Positions 19,836 to 26,120 of a stretch of DNA of 32,000 bases are shown here, piece by piece. Source of the stretch: Candidatus Hadarchaeota archaeon (GTDB taxonomy: Archaea > Hadarchaeota > Hadarchaeia > Hadarchaeales > Hadarchaeaceae). The translations under genes were made by a program, and so were the position numbers. Below the pieces are notes generated by a model. It was not told the origin of the DNA. It saw nothing but the letters and a program-made list of their open reading frames with translations, and searched no databases. How positions within the stretch are numbered: the first letter of the stretch is position 1; every line of letters begins with the position of its first letter. The stretch spans positions 30,001-62,000 of the forward strand of contig CAZETV010000002.1 of the NCBI GenBank assembly GCA_964514965.1, written 5' to 3'.

Positions 19836-20081
19836 CTATTTGGGGCACAGCAAAAGATGTCTAACCTCCCCCGATGTCAGGAGAATCCGATCCGACTCGA
19901 TGAACGCCAGTACCTTGCCCTTAGCCGCAAGCACGCACTCTGCCGCCGCTAGCAGTGCGGCCAAATCTTGAAATCTCCACACCGAATGCTGCACCAACTG
20001 CGCGTTACACTTCAAATAGTGATTCATCTTTCGCCTTGCGTCGCTTCGACCATCTAGGTCGTAAACAAGCAGATACGCCAT
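19836..20081 (-). CDS. Hypothetical small protein with a Cas2/VapD-like N-terminal signature (tentative)
   Basis: 81-aa reading from the internal ATG 20081, which has AGGTGA 5 nt upstream. The 108-aa form in the track would overlap the upstream gene. MAYLLVYDL-x5-ARRKMNHYLK-x6-VQHSVWRF resembles the Cas2 beta1-alpha1-beta2 pattern. The fold assignment is unverified. Confidence 0.5.
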   Translation of the reverse strand: MAYLLVYDLDGRSDARRKMNHYLKCNAQLVQHSVWRFQDLAALLAAAECVLAAKGKVLAFIESDRILLTSGEVRHLLLCPK

Positions 20082-20106
20082 GTCATCACCTGTCCTATTC
20101 AGAACG

Positions 20107-20430
20107 CTACGCCACGGGTTTGCCACCTTTGAGCATAACTTCCCTTCCGTCGTCGCCCTCATCGTAGAGCACCCAAGTAAGCCTAGGTGTCGCTGCAGAC
20201 ATGCGTCTCACCGTTAGAACAATCCGTAGTCTTTCCTCGCGGCTGCGAACTTGGGTGAATCCCCATCGAGCGTCGCGCGGCTCCATTCCTTCGAGGATAT
20301 CTGATTTCCGCCACAGCTTTATGCGTTCGTTAAAACTGCGTTGCATGTTGAACTCCTCCTTAAGAGCCCGAAGCGCTTGGAGTTCACCGGGGCAAACGGC
20401 TTCGAGGGTCTGATAATGAATCAGTTCCAT
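20107..20430 (-). CDS. Hypothetical protein (107 aa), no recognised domain, first gene of a two-gene cassette
   Basis: I prefer ATG 20430 (MELIHYQ...) because the TTTATAAA box at 20461-20468 sits about 30 nt upstream, giving a near-leaderless transcript. The longer 122-aa form would start upstream of that box. Confidence 0.5.
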   Translation of the reverse strand: MELIHYQTLEAVCPGELQALRALKEEFNMQRSFNERIKLWRKSDILEGMEPRDARWGFTQVRSREERLRIVLTVRRMSAATPRLTWVLYDEGDDGREVMLKGGKPVA

Positions 20431-20460
20431 TTCTCCCGCCGAGGAGTTGGGTGGGGGTTG

Positions 20461-20468
20461 TTTATAAA
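20461..20468. promoter_or_regulatory. Palindromic TATA box (TTTATAAA) shared by divergent genes
   Basis: A perfectly palindromic TTTATAAA lies between the minus-strand cassette (ATG 20430) and the plus-strand GIY-YIG gene (ATG 20539). The spacing suits both directions. Confidence 0.4.
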
Positions 20469-20538
20469 GATGCAAATTTTAGCCATGTGCCTTGCCGACA
20501 ATCGTTTATGGACACGTGGCTATTCTGAAGTGAACGAT

Positions 20539-20802
20539 ATGCCAGAAATTTACTATGTTTACCTTCTGATGAGCCTGAAGGACGAGAAGTTTTACACGGG
20601 GCAGACCACCAACCTCAAAAATCGTCTCGCACAGCACAATCGAGGCAGGGTGCGTTCGACCAAGGCAAGAAGACCGTTCAAACTCGTCTATTGGGAATCT
20701 CTCGAAACGCGCAGCGCCGCAATGAAACGTGAGCGCAAGTTGAAATCACTCAAACACGCTTATAAACTGAAGTTGGTCAAAGTGTTCAACGAGGTAAAAT
20801 AG
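20539..20802 (+). CDS. GIY-YIG nuclease superfamily protein (small stand-alone URI-domain type)
   Basis: 87 aa from ATG 20539. IYYVYLL...KFYTGQTTNLKNRLAQHNRG...RRPFKLVYWE...A..RERKLKS is the classic GIY-YIG / UPF0213 pattern. The N-terminal 66 aa of the 153-aa track ORF overlap the divergent gene and the promoter. Confidence 0.85.
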   Translation: MPEIYYVYLLMSLKDEKFYTGQTTNLKNRLAQHNRGRVRSTKARRPFKLVYWESLETRSAAMKRERKLKSLKHAYKLKLVKVFNEVK

Positions 20803-20849
20803 ATCAGATATATTTTTTAAGCGTCAAAATAACCTAATCTGGGATTTAG

Positions 20850-21353
20850 TTGGGGGAAAGAGCTTTAGGTTGGGGTCTAAAACTGCTTGGAATAGCTCTG
20901 TTTGTGGGCCCGTTCCTCGCAGCATTTGCTATTCACAACTGGGACCTTCAAGCGACCGTGATGCCGAGTCAAGAGGAAATGAATGACTTGGAGGAAACGG
21001 TGAGTGGATTATTTGGTGGGGGGTTCTCAGAAAACACATTTACATTAGAGAATCCAACCTACAGCGGCGGGATGATTCAGATACATGTGAGATTCACATC
21101 TCCCCTCAATCTACCAATTAAGATTACAAATATCTCCATTACTGTATCAGACCAAGGTCTAGTAGTGGCTCACGTGGAGATGGAGGAGACTGAGGTAGAA
21201 ATTTCCGCCAATGAACCGGTGAATTTTACACTAATCGGATCGTACACGGGAACACCTCTGGTTGATCCACAGTTCACCGACATGGACATAACACTTGAGG
21301 CTTACGGCGTAACTTTACAGTTACAAATGGTGCAGGGCGGGGGGGTCGCCTAG
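20850..21353 (+). CDS. Membrane-anchored protein, possibly with a LEA14/WHy-like beta-sandwich ectodomain (tentative)
   Basis: 167-aa ORF with a TTG start and an N-terminal TM helix (LKLLGIALFVGPFLAAFAI). An alternating beta-strand-like region follows. Translationally abutted to the next gene. Confidence 0.6.
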   Translation: MGERALGWGLKLLGIALFVGPFLAAFAIHNWDLQATVMPSQEEMNDLEETVSGLFGGGFSENTFTLENPTYSGGMIQIHVRFTSPLNLPIKITNISITVSDQGLVVAHVEMEETEVEISANEPVNFTLIGSYTGTPLVDPQFTDMDITLEAYGVTLQLQMVQGGGVA

Positions 21354-21354
21354 G

Positions 21355-22038
21355 ATGGAAACTATCTTCCCTAAGACTACCCGCGGGCCAAAGAGGCGCT
21401 TGGGGTCTATAAACTGGTTTGGTCTGGTCGCTGGCGCGTTGATGCTGATAATACCGTTTCTGGGTCCGTGGTGGCAAGCCACGGTCGGAACCGGAGCAAT
21501 GGAAGTCGCTCTCTCTCCATTCGACTACAGTATAAGTTTGTTGGGACAGCCAATCTCTTCGACATTGGTAGGATACTTCCTCTTGGCGGCTAAACTCTCG
21601 GTCATAATCGGAGGGTTGCTGATGATTGTCGGCTCCGTGGGGGCCAAGCGATGGTGGGGCCGGCGATTAGTTCGATTCGGGGCGATGAAAGTGTTTTGGA
21701 TGCTTATTGGGCTCATCGTGTTGCTAGTGTTGGGTGCCTTTCTATTGAACAGCATCTTGCCCGGTATGCTTTCCGGCATGGCGGGTGGAGCCGGAGGCGT
21801 GACGATGCAAATAAATGCGCCCTATATCATCGGGAGCACAATGTCAACTGTTCAGATCGGCACCATGGCAACCATAACTGCTCCGATAACTGCCTCCCTC
21901 ACTTGGGTCTTTTGGTTCGCCGTAGTTGTAGCTGCATTGGGTTTCGCGGCGCGGATATACCACCGACGGTTTACGGTGCCTAAGAAACTAATGGTAAAGT
22001 CAGCGAAAGATGAGGCAACAGAAGTGCCCCTTATATAA
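21355..22038 (+). CDS. Polytopic membrane protein of unknown function
   Basis: 227-aa ORF with four or more hydrophobic helices and a Gly-rich loop (GMAGGAGG). The ATG lies 1 nt after the upstream stop. Confidence 0.65.
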   Translation: METIFPKTTRGPKRRLGSINWFGLVAGALMLIIPFLGPWWQATVGTGAMEVALSPFDYSISLLGQPISSTLVGYFLLAAKLSVIIGGLLMIVGSVGAKRWWGRRLVRFGAMKVFWMLIGLIVLLVLGAFLLNSILPGMLSGMAGGAGGVTMQINAPYIIGSTMSTVQIGTMATITAPITASLTWVFWFAVVVAALGFAARIYHRRFTVPKKLMVKSAKDEATEVPLI

Positions 22039-22104
22039 CAAGGAATCCGAACAAACAAAAATAAAATCTTTATTTTGAGTGTTATCAGTCCCATCATTTA
22101 CTCG

Positions 22105-22138
22105 ATATGCAAAAATCTTGTTCATTTTGCATATTTTT
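22105..22138. terminator. Perfect 10-bp hairpin followed by T5, between convergent genes
   Basis: ATATGCAAAA (22105-22114) and TTTTGCATAT (22125-22134) are separated by a 10-nt loop and followed by TTTTT. It sits between the stop at 22038 and the tRNA 3' end at 22141. A T-run is also present when read on the minus strand. Confidence 0.4.
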
Positions 22139-22140
22139 GA

Positions 22141-22217
22141 TGGTGCGGCCGGCGGGATTCGAACCCGCGCTACAGGCTTGGAGGGCCTGAGTCCTAGCCA
22201 GGCTGGACCACGACCGC
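22141..22217 (-). tRNA. tRNA-Gly (anticodon UCC) with genomically encoded CCA
   Basis: Hand-folded cloverleaf:
- acceptor GCGGTCG/CGGCCGC (one G-U pair);
- D arm GTCC-AGCCTGGCTA-GGAC;
- anticodon arm CAGGC-CCTCCAA-GCCTG;
- T arm GCGGG-TTCGAAT-CCCGC;
- discriminator A, then CCA.
G1:C72, C2:G71, G3:C70 and A73 fit Gly identity. Confidence 0.85.
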
Positions 22218-22249
22218 ACAAATTACACCTTCATTCCACACAAATTAAG

Positions 22250-22258
22250 CTTTTAAAA
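22250..22258 (-). promoter_or_regulatory. Candidate TATA box for the tRNA-Gly gene
   Basis: The minus strand reads TTTTAAAAG, centred about 37 nt upstream of the mature tRNA 5' end. Confidence 0.35.
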
Positions 22259-22272
22259 TTTTATCGGCAATG

Positions 22273-22289
22273 ATGTAGTGGTGCTACAT
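22273..22289 (+). promoter_or_regulatory. Candidate PadR operator (ATGT-N9-ACAT dyad)
   Basis: ATGTAGTGGTGCTACAT contains a 6-bp inverted repeat ATGTAG/CTACAT. It abuts a TATA-like AGTTATATAG (22289-22298), about 30 nt upstream of the padR ATG. Confidence 0.3.
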
Positions 22290-22320
22290 AGTTATATAGC
22301 GGCAATACATATTAGATTCG

Positions 22321-22674
22321 ATGCCCATGAAAAACAAAGATAGTGAGTGGCGAGCCAACTTACACAGAGAGATGAGGCGAGGATTTCTGAGTATGTGGAT
22401 GCTTTGGACCTTGAAGAAGAAAGGAACCAGAATGTACGGTTATGAAATCATCCAAGCTCTTCGGGAGAAATGGGGAGGTAGGTGGGAGCCAAAAGCTGGG
22501 ACGATATATCCTATTCTACGAAGGCTTGAAAAGAAAGGTTTTGTAAAGAGCGAGTGGACTACACCCAAGACCAAAGGATTAAGCCGTCGGTACTACAAAA
22601 TTACCTTGAATGGAGTAAAGGCCGCCGAAGCGATATTTTCTGAGTGGAAAAAGATGATGGTGGGCTTCAAATAA
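22321..22674 (+). CDS. PadR-family transcriptional regulator
   Basis: 117-aa ORF. YGYEIIQALREKWGGRWEPKAGTIYPILRRLEKKGFVKSEW...RRYYKITLNG is the canonical PadR winged-helix signature. Confidence 0.9.
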   Translation: MPMKNKDSEWRANLHREMRRGFLSMWMLWTLKKKGTRMYGYEIIQALREKWGGRWEPKAGTIYPILRRLEKKGFVKSEWTTPKTKGLSRRYYKITLNGVKAAEAIFSEWKKMMVGFK

Positions 22675-22716
22675 TTTCTCCATGAACTCTTCGGGGTTGA
22701 TTGAAGAGGTGAGAAA

Positions 22717-23706
22717 ATGAGTTACGCGATAGAAACATACAACTTAACACGAAAATTTAACGATATGGTGGCAGTCGACAATGTGAAGCTTCAAATAGAA
22801 AAAGGCGAGCTCTTTGGGCTCCTGGGCCCCAACGGAGCGGGCAAGACCACACTCATTCACATGCTTTGTACGATCCTGCCCCCAACTGAAGGCACTGCAA
22901 AGGTGGCAGGCTTCAATATCCGCGATAAACAAGATTCGGTTCGAAAATCAATCGGCATAACCTTTCAGGACCCCTCCCTCGATAACCGTCTCACGGGCAG
23001 GGAGAACCTCGACTTTCACGGGCGGATCTATGGGATGGACAAAACCCAGCGAGATAAGCGAATTGCCGAAGTCCTAAGACTTGTAGGATTAGAGAACCGT
23101 GCAAACGCTCTGGCGCAAACCTACTCAAGCGGGATGCGGAGGAGGCTTGAGATAGCAAGAGGACTCATGCACCGCCCGAAGATAATGTTCTTGGACGAGC
23201 CCACTCTTGGACTAGACCCCCAGACGCGCAGAACCATCTGGAACCACATCCAGATGCTCAGCAAACAGGAAAAGATCACGATTTTGTTGACGACGCACTA
23301 CATGGAAGAAGCCGATTACCTCTGCAACCGAGTTGGTATCATCGATCACGGACGGATTATAGCGCTTGATAAGCCAGAGAAGCTCAAGGACCAGCTCGAA
23401 GGTGATATAGTTTCTCTAGAAGTTTCCCAGCCGAAAAAGTACGTTGAGATTTTCAAAGGTAGCAAGTACGTGAAGGAAGTAACGATAGTTGGGGACTATT
23501 TGCGCCTCACCGTCACTGGCGGCGAGAAGACAATCCCGAAGCTGATGGAGATAGTCACAAGACGTGGGGACAAGGTGCGCTCGGTGGGTTTGAGAAGCCC
23601 AACACTTGAAGACGTTTTCATCCGCTACACGGGTAGGGGAATCCGCGAGGAAGAGAGTGGAGTAAAGGAGCGAATGCGCATGCGGATGAGGAGACACATG
23701 AGGTGA
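22717..23706 (+). CDS. ABC transporter ATP-binding protein (ABC-2/DrrA-like exporter subfamily)
   Basis: Walker A GPNGAGKTT, signature YSSGMRRRL, Walker B IMFLDEPTLGLD and H-loop TTHYMEEA, plus a C-terminal accessory domain. GAGGTGAGAAA Shine-Dalgarno upstream. Confidence 0.95.
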   Translation: MSYAIETYNLTRKFNDMVAVDNVKLQIEKGELFGLLGPNGAGKTTLIHMLCTILPPTEGTAKVAGFNIRDKQDSVRKSIGITFQDPSLDNRLTGRENLDFHGRIYGMDKTQRDKRIAEVLRLVGLENRANALAQTYSSGMRRRLEIARGLMHRPKIMFLDEPTLGLDPQTRRTIWNHIQMLSKQEKITILLTTHYMEEADYLCNRVGIIDHGRIIALDKPEKLKDQLEGDIVSLEVSQPKKYVEIFKGSKYVKEVTIVGDYLRLTVTGGEKTIPKLMEIVTRRGDKVRSVGLRSPTLEDVFIRYTGRGIREEESGVKERMRMRMRRHMR

Positions 23707-23710
23707 CCGG

Positions 23711-24469
23711 ATGAGCGCCCAAGCGGTTTACGTGCTCTGGCTTCGCGACATGAAGTGGTTCCTGCGAGCTAGAGCTAGGATAATATCAACTTTCGTGATG
23801 CCATTCTTCTTTCTCACGATATTGGGGGTAGGCTTGGGAGGGATGATCCAGATGCCAGGGGGCGAAAGTTTCATCGATTGGCTGGCTCCGGGGATAGTTG
23901 GTATGGCAATTCTCTTCAGTGCAACGATGTCAGGCGTTTCGGTTCTGTGGGACAAGCAGTTCGGGTTCATGAAAGAAATCCTAGTCGCTCCGGTCTCGCG
24001 ATTATCTATCATGCTCGGCAAGACATTCGGAGGGGCAACGACTTCAATCATTCAAGGGTTATTGCTATTTTTCATCGCCGGATTGATCGGGGTAAAGATG
24101 CCGGGTGTGGCGGGTTTCCTCCTAGCTTTCCTTTTCATGGTCATTCTAGCGCTGGGTTTTGTCAGTCTGGGGCTGGCAATCGCGTCTAGGCTAGATGACC
24201 CGGTGGCGTTCCCAATCGTGATGAACTTTCTCGTCATGCCACTCTTTTTCCTCTCGGGGGCTTTTTTCATGATTAACACCGCGCCCGGATGGTTGCAAAC
24301 CTTTGCGTACTTTAACCCAGTAACCTACGGGGTAGATGGACTGCGGGGAGCTATCCTCGGGGGTTCTTACTCTCAGTTCCCGCTATGGCTGGACTTCGCT
24401 GTTTTGGCAATCTTCTCGTTGCTAATGATCTTATTGGGCGCATATCTGTTCAAAAAAACGAAAGCATAA
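23711..24469 (+). CDS. ABC-2 type transporter permease
   Basis: 252-aa ORF with six hydrophobic helices. It begins 4 nt after the ATPase gene, the typical ABC-2 arrangement. Confidence 0.9.
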   Translation: MSAQAVYVLWLRDMKWFLRARARIISTFVMPFFFLTILGVGLGGMIQMPGGESFIDWLAPGIVGMAILFSATMSGVSVLWDKQFGFMKEILVAPVSRLSIMLGKTFGGATTSIIQGLLLFFIAGLIGVKMPGVAGFLLAFLFMVILALGFVSLGLAIASRLDDPVAFPIVMNFLVMPLFFLSGAFFMINTAPGWLQTFAYFNPVTYGVDGLRGAILGGSYSQFPLWLDFAVLAIFSLLMILLGAYLFKKTKA

Positions 24470-24552
24470 AAATTTGAAAGCTATGATTCCCGACTAGCGC
24501 GCTGCTCGCTCTGACAGTGTTTATCCCGATTATTCTCGAATCTTCAAGGCTT

Positions 24553-24648
24553 CTACTTAAGCATGACAACTAAGGCCGAGGCCACTATCGAAAGAACGAA
24601 GAGAATGACGAGGATCAGCGCCAAAAGTGTTTTCGTGCTTTCTTTCAT
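24553..24648 (-). CDS. Candidate 31-aa single-TM micropeptide
   Basis: Below the track's size cut-off. MKESTKTLLALILVILFVLSIVASALVVMLK* is preceded by AAGGTGG 5 nt upstream and a TATA-like GTATAAATTT about 40 nt upstream. No homology evidence is available. Confidence 0.3.
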   Translation of the reverse strand: MKESTKTLLALILVILFVLSIVASALVVMLK

Positions 24649-24738
24649 CTCAGCCACCTTAATTGTCTCACAGTATCGGACTAAATTTATACGCCATGCA
24701 GATATTAACACATTTGTAAACGTTCAAAGGGTGAGGTT

Positions 24739-24960
24739 GTGCCCATTGAAGGTTATGCGGAGTACAAAAGCAGGGAATTTTGCAAGGATGTGAAGTGCCC
24801 AGTCCAGCTTCTGCTTGACACCAGGGAAAAAGGGTCGGAAGAGCACGAGAGAATACGCAAGATATGCAAGGCGGGATGTTTGCACACTACCCGTGAGTTT
24901 CACTACTGGTTGATTGACAAAGGATATTTAATCGTGAAACCAGAAAAGAAAGAGGTGTGA
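24739..24960 (+). CDS. Small 4-Cys protein (73 aa), unknown function
   Basis: GTG start with GGGTGAGG 3 nt upstream. Cys pairs CKDVKC and CKAGC. Its stop lies 2 nt before the aldolase ATG, and its last codons carry the aldolase Shine-Dalgarno. Confidence 0.55.
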   Translation: MPIEGYAEYKSREFCKDVKCPVQLLLDTREKGSEEHERIRKICKAGCLHTTREFHYWLIDKGYLIVKPEKKEV

Positions 24961-24962
24961 AT

Positions 24963-25766
24963 ATGGATTGGGGAATGAAAAACAGACTTGCTCAACTGAT
25001 CCAACGTGACGGCAAGGCTCTCTTCTTGCCTATAGATCACGGGTATTTTCAAGGCCCCACACGTAAATTAGAAGAACCCGGTAAAACAGTCGGGCCCCTT
25101 CTCCCTTACACGGATGCGATCATGCTCACGAGGGGAATACTGCGATCTTCAATAGACCCCAATAACACCAAACCGGTTATTCTCAGAGTCTCTGGCGGCA
25201 CGAGCATGGCTAGAAAAGAGGAACTATCTCACGAGGGGATTACCACCTCTGTGAAAGAAGCTATCCGGCTCAACGCCAGCGCGGTGTCCCTATCCATCTT
25301 CGTGGGCAGCGAGCATGAGCACGAAACTCTGTTGAATTTATCGAATCTCGTCAACGAGTGCGAGGAGTACGGTATTCCAGTAATGGCAGTCACGGCTGTT
25401 GGCAAAGAGCTCGAAAAGCGTGAAGCACGATATCTCGCTTTGGCCTGCAGGATAGCCGCGGAGTTGGGCGCGCGGGTGGTTAAAACGTACTATTGTAAAG
25501 AGGGTTTTGAAAAGGTCACAAGAGGTTGCCCCGTCCCGGTGGTCATAGCGGGTGGACCAAAAGCAGAGTCCGAGCTTGAAGTATTCGAATTCATTCACGA
25601 TGGGATTCAGAAGGGTTCCATAGGCGTGAATTTGGGGCGAAACGTTTGGCAGCACGATTACCCAGTGGCAATGATTCGCGCGATTCGTTCGATAATACAT
25701 GAAGGCGCCACTCCGAAAGAAGCGCAGAAATTATTCGACGAAATTAAAAGCGGCAAGAAAAAGTGA
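24963..25766 (+). CDS. Class I aldolase of the DhnA/FbaB/LsrF family (LsrF-like subgroup)
   Basis: MDWGMKNRL, PIDHGYFQGP, LTRGILRS, VVKTYY (Schiff-base Lys region) and GCPVPVVIAGGPK closely track my recollection of E. coli LsrF. ATG 24963 (AGAGGTG 5 nt upstream) is preferred over the track's GTG 24957. Confidence 0.88.
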   Translation: MDWGMKNRLAQLIQRDGKALFLPIDHGYFQGPTRKLEEPGKTVGPLLPYTDAIMLTRGILRSSIDPNNTKPVILRVSGGTSMARKEELSHEGITTSVKEAIRLNASAVSLSIFVGSEHEHETLLNLSNLVNECEEYGIPVMAVTAVGKELEKREARYLALACRIAAELGARVVKTYYCKEGFEKVTRGCPVPVVIAGGPKAESELEVFEFIHDGIQKGSIGVNLGRNVWQHDYPVAMIRAIRSIIHEGATPKEAQKLFDEIKSGKKK

Positions 25767-25883
25767 CGTGTGCTATAAAGTCGTAATTTTCTCTTGCAAA
25801 CCTTTACACAATTTTTTTATAACATGAAGTTAAATAATGGATATCAGCAACCGAGATGGATAAATCGATAGTGAGGTGGTTTT

Positions 25884-26120
25884 ATGAAAAAGTTGGTAAA
25901 AGTTTACTCTACATCCACATGCCCTTACTGTGCTATGGCTAAAGCATTTTTGAAGGAGAAAAATATTCCTTTTGAAGATGTAGACGTGGGAGCCAATCCT
26001 GAAGCGGCAAATGAGATGATTGAAAAATCAGGCCAGATGGGCGTGCCGGTAATTGAAATTGACGGTAAGATAATAGTTGGATTTAACAAGGAAGCAATTT
26101 CTCAGGAATTAGGAATCTAG
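25884..26120 (+). CDS. Glutaredoxin-like / NrdH-like small redoxin (CPYC)
   Basis: 78-aa thioredoxin fold. VKVYSTSTCPYCAMAKAFL...GVPVIEIDGKIIVGF. GTGAGGTGG Shine-Dalgarno upstream. Confidence 0.9.
   Translation: MKKLVKVYSTSTCPYCAMAKAFLKEKNIPFEDVDVGANPEAANEMIEKSGQMGVPVIEIDGKIIVGFNKEAISQELGI

Noticed and set aside
19836-20802. The longer ORF versions in the track: 108 aa (to 20162), 122 aa (to 20475) and 153 aa (from 20341)
   Set aside because: The long forms overlap one another and run across the shared TATA box. Internal ATGs at 20081, 20430 and 20539 have proper SD or TATA spacing and give non-overlapping genes. The GIY-YIG domain begins exactly at the 20539 Met.
19836-22140. CRISPR-Cas locus or tRNA-integrated mobile element around the Cas2-like gene
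   Set aside because: I found no repeat-spacer array and no cas1 or other cas genes. There is no integrase or transposase, and no duplicated copy of the tRNA-Gly 3' segment in the window. Calling it an island is unsupported beyond its gene content.
24563-24793. 76-aa plus-strand ORF between the ABC permease and the aldolase
   Set aside because: It overlaps both better-supported small genes (the 31-aa minus-strand ORF and the 73-aa GTG-start ORF). It has no RBS and an implausible sequence.
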